From assembly GCA_040954595.2 (NCBI GenBank), contig CM082596.2, positions 6,522,791 to 6,586,790 on the forward strand: 64,000 nt of DNA. The letters run 5' to 3'. This document shows, one piece after another, positions 12,128 to 24,200 of the stretch. Under the pieces are notes generated by a model. That model did no database searches and was not told the DNA's origin. It saw only the letters and a program-made list of their open reading frames with translations. The DNA is from Balanoglossus misakiensis. Taxonomy: Eukaryota > Animalia > Hemichordata. Made by a program: the position numbers and the translations under genes. Every line of letters starts with the position of its first letter. Within the stretch, counting starts at the first letter, position 1.

Positions 12128-12624
12128 TTTCGTAAACCGGTGAGGACGATCGCGAGTTGGACACCTGTGTGATCGCCAGCTAACTGTTGAATGACGCTAA
12201 GTTACTACATGTATTACTTCACTGGCAAATCTATTTATAACGCGTAACCTCTGACCCTTCCATGGGCTTCCCTGCAGACATTTAGACAATGGTATGAGTT
12301 TCGCACCAATCGGACATTGAAACCACTGTGACTGGGAATAATGTGAGAAATATATCATTTTATTCACAATACCAATGCTTCAAATATACATACTCTATAG
12401 TTAGCCATACTGCAAATAAATACACGCAATTTCTCTCCTATAAGTCATCGATGTCACATTTTAACGGTAATAGCTAATCGAAACGGAAATAATAATCTGT
12501 ATGGCAGCGTTGTTGCGGACTGGTTTATTATTTGTTTACTCCAGTGTGTGAGACCGAGGCTGCCAACACATCCATTGCTACATGATACAGATTACATTTG
12601 GGTGCAGACGAATATTTAGCGAAG
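12128..12624. promoter_or_regulatory. Putative bidirectional promoter/5'UTR region between FKBP14-like and PLEKHA8
   Basis: The divergent start codons are only ~500 bp apart. Function is inferred from arrangement. Confidence 0.55.
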
Positions 12625-13673
12625 ATGCCCGATATGGAGGGAATGCTGTATAAATGGACCAACTATATCAGCGGTAATGTTATTTCAGGGCTGGCTGTCT
12701 AATTTGTATTGTTCATTGTGTATTTTCTCCTTTCATTCTGCGCGAAACCCTTGTAGTATGTGTGGTGATGTGTCTTTCTCGTCTGTTTCCGGTTTTGTAA
12801 TATGGCAATGGTTGCACAGCTGACGAAACAGCTAGGGTTTCCTCGGCAGTGTGAAGGTGTCAAACGTCTCCTCGACAGTTATTTATTGAGTAAACAGTGG
12901 CGACACACTGCGCGGTCATATTTCAGCGCGGCTAGCGCATCAAACATTAAATTTGCACGGCCGCACAGTCAACATTTACCCACAACTGTCGTGTCGCATG
13001 AGGAAAGAAAACAGCTTCCGAACATGACACTTTCACTGCGCTGAGATGAGCAGACTACACGTAGACGTACACTCGCGAAACATGTTGTTTAATTCCGAGA
13101 AATCATTTACTGCGTAGGTTTTGAGTGGGCGTACGGTAATGAAGTGCTTTATGAAATTGCAGTGCGTTCATTTCTGTAAAAGGTTTACTATAATGCATTT
13201 CACTCGTATGCTCCTTTATTCTTATACGATGGGTGAACGCTGTGAACGCCCCACTTAATGTACAGTTGCATATATGCATTGTCACAAGCCGCATATTATC
13301 CACTTTTCATTTCATTGACAGAAATAGATACACAAAAATGTAAAAAAGCTGTTCAGGTTGATAACATCATGGGAGGGAGTGGGCGTGGTGTTCCAAACAT
13401 GGTCAACTGCCTCTATGCAACCTCGGGATGCAACCCAGGCGGTCCTGATATCTGTTGATAGATAAGCTGAACACTTGACTTGCTTTGGTTCCACAGGTTG
13501 GCAACCACGATGGTTCATTCTGGACAAGGGTATATTGGCTTATTACAAATCCCAGGAGGAGATGCATCTTGGATCGAAAGGTTCCATCAAAATGGCCTGC
13601 TGTGAAATCAGCGGTGAGTATGTAACTCTTTGAGTAGTGATGGTTGGTAGTGTCATCAACATCATCGTCGTCG

Positions 13674-13714
<41 letters not shown>

Positions 13715-16700
13715 GTCATTATCATCATCATCATCACCACCACCATTATCATCTTCATCATCATCTTCATCATCATCACGACCACCACCACGGCCGTTAT
13801 CATCATCACAGTGTTCTCATTTTATCAACAGTGCACCAATCGGATCAATGTCGGCTGGACTTGATAATCCCTGGAGAACAGCACTTCTATGTGAGGGGAA
13901 CGTCGCCGGCCGAGAGACAGCGATGGCTGGTGGCACTGGGTACTTCCAAGGCTTGTCTCACAAATACCAAAGCTTTAGAGGATGGTAAGTGGAAAAACAT
14001 TCACCAATGTTAGTAGAAAATTCTGTTTCAATGGAAGAGGTTGTAAAAAGTGGGACTCAAATAGGTCTTGTTAGAAGAGGTACTTTAAGAATTAAAAGCC
14101 AAGGTATTGAAGTAGCATATGTCTGAGCCATTGTTTGTATGTGTGCATGGTCTGTACTAGTTGGTAAAAAAATATTGAAAACATTGCTGTTAAATATATG
14201 AGTGGAATGTTGATGGAGTCATTTTCGTTTGATTTTTTTTCAGAGGAATCCAAAGACACACTGAAAACAAAGATGTCAGAGCTACGTCTCTACCGCGACT
14301 TACTAATGCAGCAAGTTCAGACGGTGAAAGACTCAACCAGTATACCAGACCAACCTGATATACAAGTAAGTCAGCCACATATGCAACCTTACACCACTGA
14401 ACATTTCATTCAATTCAAAATAACTCCCAGTAGTTGAAGTGTATCCACAGCACTGTTCATAAATGTTCAGTTTTTATTGTTAACTCTTTGCTGTATGTCT
14501 GTCTAGTAGCTAGTGTACGTCTCAACAAAAATCAATTCACATACATGTACATGTTATATCACCCACCCATCCCAGCTAAGATGTGAGTGCAATAAATGAC
14601 AGATTATGATGGTATAGGAAGAACATCACACATTCATACAATTGCCTTTCATTTGTATACATGAAATTGTACAATGAACAATACATGTAATTATGGATGG
14701 TCCTGGTTTTGATGTATACTGCTGAATGACAGATAGAGTTACAAGTCAATTAATTTTGCCCCTCTACTTACATATGGGTGTCTTTTTTCACTAATGAATG
14801 GATACCAGCAGATTTTATCCCTATTCTGAAAACTGTACAACATTATATGGTACAAGAATCGTAGACATACTGGTAGTGGTGCCACACTTGTTGAAATCCC
14901 ACAATGATGCAACCCTCTGATGCTTTACCATGGCTTGAAATAATGACTCTTTTTTCTCTCTCACTTTCTCTGCAGAAAATTAATGAAGCCACATCGTTGC
15001 TGTCGGCAACGTGTGACACATTCCTACGAACGCTGCAAGACTGCATGAAGATAGCAGACGACACTTTCACCCCGCAACTCAACCAGACAATGGAAACGTC
15101 TGGTGTACTCCCACCGTCGTTAGCTTCGCCCTCAGAAAAGGTAATGCACTATTCCACATCAAAATTCCTGTGTTCTGTTAATATCTTAGCTAGTACATGT
15201 GTTCGATTGTAATTTCTGATCAGCAGGCAAAAAGATAAACAACGCTTGTTTTTTATGGAAAATGCCTGAAATAGCCACTAGAGAGCAACATATGGAGATC
15301 TATCTATAAATAGTATACATATCCTCAGCAACAAGAATTAGCCATTCAGTAGGATGTTGTGCATAGTTAGTGGCCAGATTCACCAAGTCAAATATTTCAG
15401 GTGATGTCTAGGTTAGAACTTGTACCAAGTCCTTGATTTTTTTGTCAATATGTATTTACTGATGAGTAGAATCACACATTAAAAACTGCGGTGATTCAGA
15501 TCCTTGAACTTTGACTGGCCGTTGGATATCATGCAGTGTGGCATGTGCTAGGGACATAACCCTGATGTTAGTATAGATATGATATAGCTGACCTTGATGC
15601 TGACTTTGGACCTGGTCTGACTTTGGACCTAGTCACGAACTGCAAGAGATGGCACATGATTATTCTTGATCTGGAAGTAGTGTGTTTGTATGATAATCTG
15701 AGCAGCAAACCTTCACACATAAATCATATGTGAGGATGTCTCAGTAGGATACGTTCAATGAATGTACATCATCATGCTCCTGTCAAGTCCTATGAGGTTC
15801 AGTCATGCATATTTCTAACTTTGGGATTTTATGTACTGGTATTGACTGACTTGTATTTATATACGTTTCTCACTTTCTGTAATATCAATAATCAGGCATG
15901 TTTTGATGTCAACTCTCTGCAACATGGGAAAGTAAAAGTGGCTGCTTCGCATTGTAGTGTACATCCAACCAAAACGTTTTCTAAAGCTGGTGGTGGTGGT
16001 AATGTTAATGTAAAAGTAATCTGCGCATAGACTCATTGTTTGCAGTAGTGCTGATGGCAATGTTTAAAGAAGTCTGAATGACAGTAATAATTTGCTTGAA
16101 ATATGTCAGTGTAGAGATTAATTTTAAGTTTGAAGAGCCCAAAATCACAAGGAAGGAATATAACTCTAATATGCACCATTCCATTCCAAAGCAATGTGGA
16201 GATACTACATCGCTGCCTCTTCTAAAATGCCTTTTTGTGTTCATTTCCCTTGGCTTTTACACCCCAGATTAACACAGACGGGACGCCATTGCAATCTTTG
16301 CACTCTAAGGTATGTACCCGAGAGGCACTGACTAAAACATACTAATCTGCAGCTAAAATTTTGTGAAGCTGCAGCTATGGCAAAATTGTAAGCAATATAA
16401 CTGCTTTTGTTGCATTTAGCTGGGTGGCAAAGCCAAGAATAAATCTGCTTTCTGCCAAATAACCATTACTTACATGTACAGCTGTCGAGTTGACTCATCT
16501 CTGAGTGATGAAGTTTGATTTTTTGCATGTATAATTCCATGGTAGCATCTCTTTAACCTTATGAAGTAGTATAGAACTAATGCTTTACTTCTTTTTGACT
16601 TCAGAAAAATCCATTCATGTATAGAAGCCACTCAGTAGATAGGTAAGTTTTGTGTTATATTGTTTTTATCAACTGATGACTGTTGCCTAATGACAATTGT

Positions 16701-18924
16701 CCAAAACAGGGTTTGTTGTTGCAAGACCTAGACCACAGTATCTGCCGCATCCTGCACTTCACCTAACTGAATTTTTCCCCTCCTCGTTGCAGGTACAATC
16801 CAACCCCGCCAAAGGGTATCGCCAAAACGACTTACAGGAACCTGGAAGAGCTGGCCAACCGCCCAAGGTACAACCGGGCGAGGTCGCACTCGGGGTCGTC
16901 GTCCTCCCCGCAGTCGCTGTCGGCGCCGGCCACGCCCACGTCGACCACCACGCCCGACGGCGTTCTCAGCAACAACAGCACTAAGGCCCTTCCAGTGGAG
17001 TCGACGCCCAGCATTAATGATATGGAGGACAGACCTGAGACGATATTTAGTAACATGAAATTCAGGTACATTGGAATGTATATCTGACATTTGGATATCG
17101 TGCATTGCACTGTTCAACTCCTCACAAATGTCATCGTCTTCAGGCACTGTGATACAATTAGAACTATTGCTTTTAAATTTAAGGATATCATACACTGCCT
17201 AATTGCATACTGAATACCCTTCAAGATATTGCTACACCCATTTCCTTAATTGTCCTTCTTTCTTTGATAGTTTTACAGATATAAACATTTCAGAAGACAA
17301 TAGTATACCCACAGCTCCATTTCTAGAAGCTTTTAGGAATCTTCTGCCATTATTTGGTGAGTGATATCAAATTGAAAGAACAGGACATGAATTTCCACCT
17401 TGTCTGTATTACTAAAGCCTAGTAATAAAATATAATAATGTTTTCAAAGTGAATGTAACCAAGTTGGTAAGTGATACTTGTCTAAACTGCTATTACGGCA
17501 TAACTGTTTAGAAAAAGAGGATGATGGTTTTATGTGAGACTTGACATAATTTTTTTTTTTTAATTCTATGACAGATGCATTAGGAGCTACAACATTTGCG
17601 CCCGTGAAAATGGACATCATGGGAAACATTAGGGTAAGTGTATTCCTGTAAAGGTGTAGATTGTGCAGTTATGTATACAAATGGATCCCACAGGGTTCAC
17701 CTCTCCAGGAATTCCTTGATAAGCCTGTTTCTCTCTGTTTGCTTATTCCCTCGACAGAAAGTAAATCAGAAATACATGACGGACCGGGAAGGGTTCGCAA
17801 ACTTGCAACTTATAGTGGAACAAGAAATGAGAACAAATACGACGAGGGTAAAGAATTCTGCCACGGATGCACTTCTCTGGTTGAAAAGGTAAGGTGCAAA
17901 CAGATAATTAGATTATAGAATTACTAGAAAGTGTGAGACATTTCATAGATGTAGGTGTCAGCTTGTACTGCACAGTAGCCCTTATTTCCATAAAGCAATG
18001 TGAAACTCACAATTTCAATTCCCTTCTACATTTCTGATATTGGCAGATTTAAGTGACCTGTGTAATGTTTTTTGTTTATTTTTCTTTCTTTCAGAGCACT
18101 AGAGTACACGTATGAATTTCTTGCAGAAATTGTGCGAGGAGAGCGAGACCTCAGTGTTGCATCAGGTAGGATATTGATTGTAGAAATATGTTGTGCCGTA
18201 AGTCAGTAACATCCATTGAAAATTATCTGAACAGCAAAAATTATTTGCATGATGTGAACAGTGATGTGTTTACAACCCATGCTTATGTGAAATTGATTGA
18301 GTTTTGTGTGTTTCTTCTCCCAGGTAATGCCTACAGCAAGTCTCTGAAGAAATTCCATGGCTGGGTGGCCAGGGGAGTCTATGCTGTGAGTTGCTCAACT
18401 TCGTATTTTATAATTATTTGGACTCACCATTCCATTTTGTTGATGTCCCCACAGTTAAAATAGACACTGGTATGGACAAATCAGTATCCAAATTTGTGTA
18501 CGGGTAGATGCATACATTTTGTGTGCCTGCAGGCCTAAGGTTCTACAAATAAAACAGCCTGTGAAAAAGGCATGACTATGTCATAAATAACTGCTGACAG
18601 CAACCAAGAAAGTGTTGAAACATGCAGAAGGGTATAAGGCGTTTCTACTGCCTCATAGCTGTCCTTCCCTCCATATCTAGCTCGCTGGTAAAAATATCTT
18701 GACTTTCGTGTTTTCTCTGTCGACAGCTTGTGGCCAAAACTGTGCCTTACTACCAAGACTTCATATCGCTGTTGGCACTCAGCAGGACCGACTTTGAGCA
18801 TCCCCATTTTGAGACCTGCCTGATCCAAGATCTGTCCAGGTACTCTGCGGCCATGCACAACGTGCTGTCGATCTTGCAGGACTTCTACACAAAGCACGAC
18901 CTGGACTTCCCGGATCAAGTCTGA
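12625..18924 (+). CDS. PLEKHA8: Pleckstrin homology domain-containing family A member 8 (FAPP2): PH domain plus GLTP domain
   Basis: Exons 12625-12673 ([17 protein letters not shown]), 13497-13613 ([11 protein letters not shown]), 13832-13984 ([15 protein letters not shown]), 14244-14365, 14976-15140, 16268-16309, 16605-16642, 16793-17065, 17271-17356, 17575-17633 ([12 protein letters not shown]), 17758-17888 ([13 protein letters not shown]), 18095-18165, 18324-18385 ([11 protein letters not shown]), 18727-18924. Phases are consistent throughout. Confidence 0.94.
13652..13810. repeat. Imperfect (CAT)n microsatellite filling most of PLEKHA8 intron 2
   Basis: About 50 CAT/CGT/CAC triplets; this tract produces the poly-M/I/S ORFs in the track. 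Confidence 0.95.
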
Positions 18925-18958
18925 GAACTCTGAGAGGTGTGCAATTGGTGGATTTGTG

Positions 18959-19075
18959 GTCACATGAGAATCATGTGATGTAAAATCTACAGCCCTTTTA
19001 TAAGGAAAAAATACAGTCACATGAGAATCATGTGATGTAAAATCCACAGCCCTTTTATAAGAAAATAAATACAGT
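18959..19075. repeat. 57-bp tandem duplication in the PLEKHA8 3' region
   Basis: GTCACATGAGAATCATGTGATGTAAAATC(T/C)ACAGCCCTTTTATAAG starts at 18959 and again at 19016. Confidence 0.9.
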
Positions 19076-21284
19076 CTGTGCGTCACAGTGAGTGTGAAGA
19101 CAACATGTTAATTTCTTGGAACTGCACTGTGGTAAAAATGATCATATAACACAGGGGTCACATGGCTGTCACATGACAGGATTTTATGTCCGTGTTTGGC
19201 TGCCTTGCGGCTTATAGAATTGTCAACTGAAAGGATAAATAGTACTACTGATCATCGAATTGAACATTTTTTTTAAAAATCCAACTGTATTTCTCACATC
19301 AACGTTCTTTCACAATACTAGTCTTTTGCATGCACTCACCTTCAATGGCATTCTAACCCAAAGCATTCCTTTAAGCAGGTGTTATAAAAAAAGATTTTTC
19401 CAAAAATTCCAAAGTCACAAATTAACAACTAATGCGAAATATCAGTAATCAGAATTTTTTCTTGATTGAACCATTTTCATGGTTGCGGTCTATTTTGTTG
19501 ATATTGGAGTAACATTGGTGTCGCCTAAGCCTGGTGTGTTGGTGAGGTAGCAAGTTGTAGCCACTGCAGTGTTCAGGCAAATTTTGTACGTAAGGTTGGA
19601 TGTCTGTCCTAAGAGTTCAGCAACTTAAGAACAATTTACAAAGCAATTCAGAAGTAAACTGCAGTTTTGTGATGTCGATGTGCAAAAAAAAAATGAACAG
19701 GGCATTTTTCAACAATCATATTTGAACATTGATTGCAGGTTGTTCATACTTCAAAAAATAAGACATTTCATGTTGTCCTATTTCTTTGTTCTTTACAAAA
19801 TTCAGATGTATAACTGTGAGTCGTTGAAAAAATTGGGGTCATAAACCCCGAAAAGTGAAGATAGGGTAGAACTAGAAGCAATTGTGTATGTATGTAAGGA
19901 GCAGCATGCACCTAGAGTAAGTTGATCCCCATATATTTTTTTGCCTAAAAGTGCAATTCTTCTGTAACTTTTTCTGATCACATTGGAGTTTATTTTAGAC
20001 CCAAAGTGCCAGGGTTTTATACAAGTACATTTACCTGATCTTTTAGCGGTAACTTCACAACAATGTAGAAATTGTTTCAGTTCTATGTATCAGGTGAAAT
20101 GTTACCAGGGTATCGGGCACGGATGTATTCTACTGTAACTTTTATATGGTTGTGAGAAAAGCCAAGCCATGGCAGTATGATGGGGCAGCGTGCAACAGAT
20201 TTCGTGGTTTTCATTTCTTTTTTTGTCATGGAAATGCTGCAAATGCAAGGATAGGCCTTCTGAGGCCACTGCTCATTGCCCCAAGGATTCTCACAACACT
20301 GCACTTTCAACTTTACCCTTTAACCTTTTGATCTTGTGAAGAGAAATTCAAATATACGAACATCATACACTTTTTCAAAATAAGACCACTTTGGATAAGT
20401 TTATTTATTACTAAGACATGATGATCATTGCAAAACATTCCGTCACTGCAAATATTAAATATAATATCACACACTACCTAAGCCAAGTGTACATTTGTTT
20501 ACGATGGATTTGTTGCTGTTGTCCGATGAATCTGTTCCCTGTTTGGTTTCCAAACCGTTGTAAAATTTGCTGCAATGATAGTGATTATTTTGTACATGAA
20601 TGTAGCAAGCAAGGTTACAATAAGTTTATTTTTGGCATTCATGTATTTCCAATATGTTGAAGTACTAGTTTTTTATTTCTGAGTACACTACGTGGTGTTG
20701 ATTTTTGATGTAATATATTTCTGATGAGGTTAATTTTGTTTCGAGTTGCGTTGCCACTCTGGACAATAAAGAATTATTGTACAATGTATGGAACGAGTGC
20801 TTGGTGCCGTTTGATTTGGTTTTGCCTGTCTGTAGGCCTTTTACCGGTGGTTGTGCACAATTTGAATGGTAATGTTGGCTAATGGCAATTGTCTGCTTAC
20901 AGGGGAAGGTCATTTACCACAAGAGAGACCACTCGACCCTTATTGTGAATGGAATGGCTTCATTGACTGACATCAGTAGGTAAGAGACAGTAAAAACAAA
21001 CGGGAAAAGTAAAATTGTCATTGATGGCGCTATATACGACTAGTCCTTGTCAACCACCTGTTGTTCAGAACTATACGCGAGTTGGCGCTGTAACGAGATA
21101 TGGGTCTATTGCTCCACGCCAAATATGGAGAGCAACTGGCAAATCAGCACTGTCCATAGCTTAGCGGATAGCAATAAAATCTAGTCAGTGGCCTAGCCAA
21201 TAGCAAGGCCCTATCAAACTGGCAGGCAGGGTACAAACATGTCCATGAGAGCCGGCTGCACTGACATTTTGAGTTCCCACTTCA

Positions 21285-24200
21285 TCAAAGTTTACTTTCG
21301 GCAAATTTCCTTGCAATGTCTCTCATCTCTGCGATGACCTCGGCGCTGGCATTGTGTCCTTGCAGTCTTGCCAGCGAACCTTTGCCCCCAGCTTTGCCCT
21401 GTACCACACTGTTCACACGGTTCATCCACTCTGTGGCATTCAGTCCTTTATCTACGGCCTCCTAGAAAATAAAAGAGAAATTGGTTCAGTAAATGAAGAA
21501 TATTCCATTGCATTTCTCAATACTGGTCCAACTTTAATGACAATCAGTTGCATAAATTGTGTCTTTCTATAAACTGCTGATTGGTGACAAGATATAATTT
21601 TCAAAACATAGGTGATGCAGAAGGTATAATATCCACATTCTAAACTGGTGCTACTTAGATGAAACACATCCTGGCCTACCTTCGCAGTGTAGCCTATGCA
21701 TACAACAGTGTTGTCCTGTTCATCAATGCTGTACAACATGATGGCTGAACCCTGACTGATGTCTTTGAACTGATGCAATATCTGCTGCAGAGTCTGAATG
21801 AAGATAGAACAAGGCAAGTTTTATTTACTATATCTGAATTCCACACAATATATGTCATATCACACACATCACTGTTTTCTGTACAATATTGACCGGGTAG
21901 ACTGTAACATGAAAAGCAACAGAGTGCATCTGTATATACAATTCAAATCCACCTTTCGTACCTTCATGTTTGTTCCAGCTTGTATTTCTTCAATAATGAT
22001 GGACTGGCCTTTGCAGTTTTGAGCTATATCAAGAGCTCTGCTTATGATCTGGTAAAATGCAAACACAAAAAGAAGTACAGCACATGGTAGTGTCTGTGAC
22101 AATTTTTATAGAAAGAATGGTGATTACTGCCAGAAACATGATTGTAGTCACCATTTACCCATCATCTCCAATGTAAGTCATCCGTTCAGACATTTGAAAC
22201 CACTGACAAAGTTATAGACCTCCAACACTCAACAATAACAACTTACCTCCTTAGTGATCATTTTCTTCTTCTTTTTGTCAAAGTCTTTGATTTTCTCTTT
22301 CATGTCTCTCAGTTCCTCCGTCATCTCCTTTCGTCTCCACACGGGAATCAGCGCCAGGTTCACCTCATCCAGCAAGTCATTAGCCTCGGAGAACAACTCC
22401 GGCAGAGTCAATCCCTCCGTCTGTAAATTTTCAACAATCTGAGCTTTGAGTTCGTCAACCTGAGCCTGCAAGCTGTCGGCGATGTCATCTGCTTCCCACG
22501 CATGCTGCCCAGTGATGGCCGTCAGACGCCTGGTGCCGCCACTTATAGCTCCCTCGTCTACGATGATAAATTTTCCAACATGCTCTGTCATGTGTACATG
22601 CCTACAATGCAACAGATGAGTGACATACTAATAAGTGTGACATGGAATATGGGACCAGGTGAGTGTATCAGTGGACAGCAATACTTCTATATATAAAAAT
22701 CTACATATTCAAATTTGTAAATGTTAATTTACAGATAATTATTATCTGTCACTTGTTCTTAGAATGCCAAAAAAAACAAACATGAAAGATGAGCAGCTGA
22801 GTTCTTGGAAATCCAGGTCTTCCTTCTAGAAATTTGCTTTTCTCACAATTTGAATTATATATTTTAAGTTATGTTCTTTTGAAATTGAATACTTGTTTTT
22901 TTAGCAAATGAGTAGGGCTCCAGAACAGTGGACAGAAAAACTTCCATGTAGAATTGCTTAGAGTAGTCAGTAAAAAGTTGGCGTCTGGCCTATATCTGCA
23001 AATCATACTTCATTCAGACTTAATTGTCAGTTATATTACTTTGCTGTGCTATATACCAGATCTTCATAAAAAGTCAAATCAAACTCACGTTCCACCGCAC
23101 AACTCAACAGGTGACATGTAACCACCAGGTCCGAAGGGATTACTGGTCAGACCGGTGACTGGAATGCCGATGGATACCACACTGACCGGGTCCGGATACG
23201 ACTCCCCGAATACGGCACGTATACCTTCTATTTCCATAGCAACCTCCAAGTCCACTTCTTGCGAGTCTATAGGTGTGTACTGCTCTATGACTTCATTAAC
23301 TTTGTCTTGGATTTCTTCGATTATCGCCATGCTTAAAGATTCCTAAAACATGCAAAATGGGCCACAGTTTTATAGAAAGTGGAGATCTAGTTAATCCCAG
23401 AGTAGATTTTCCTTGAATGGTCATGTGAAAAAACTGCATGATGCTCAGGATACAATGAATGACAAGACTTGATATTGGTAGAACTTACATCGTAGGAGAA
23501 ATCAAATCTAAGTTTGTCAGCAGCCACTAGGGATCCCCTCTGCTCTATGCTGTCCCCTAGTATGCCTCTCAATGCCCAGTTTAAGATGTGCGTAGCTGTG
23601 TGGTTCCTCATCAAATTGAACCTTCTCTCCTGTTTAATGTGATAGGAAAATAAGTATGAGTTAAACACACACACAAAACATACATTGCTGTGTAAGTGAG
23701 AATATCACACTTGATACAAAAGATTATTTTTCAAGTGCCTATGGCTAATGATTGTGATACTTCGAGCTGTTCACATCTGCCAAACCACAGTTCACAGACT
23801 CACCTCGTCAATGAATAGTTTGACTCTTTCGCCAACATCCAACGACAGCTTGCAAGTTCCCGAGTGGACAACATAACCACCGTACACCTGGACATTGTCG
23901 ACTTCAAAAGCAGTGTCTTGGTTCTGCGGGGGATTGATACGAAACAGGTTAACAAATTGTCGGGCTGTGCATACAATACGCACACCATACACAGACCTGT
24001 ATTGTCAGTGTCGAATTTGTCACGTCATATTTGGGCACAAACAACTCCATGACTGAAGCAATTCCTTGAAATCTGCTGTACTGCTGTAAATGGAAAAAAA
24101 AATTACCTTGTCCCTAGCCTTGGTGAAGTACCCTTCATCCCACTGCTGTCCACCTTGTTCCGGGTAGAAGCAAGTCTTGTCCAGGATGACATCACAGCAT

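Noticed and set aside
13543-13988. Poly-Met, poly-Ile and poly-Ser ORFs
   Set aside because: These are translations of the intronic (CAT)n microsatellite.
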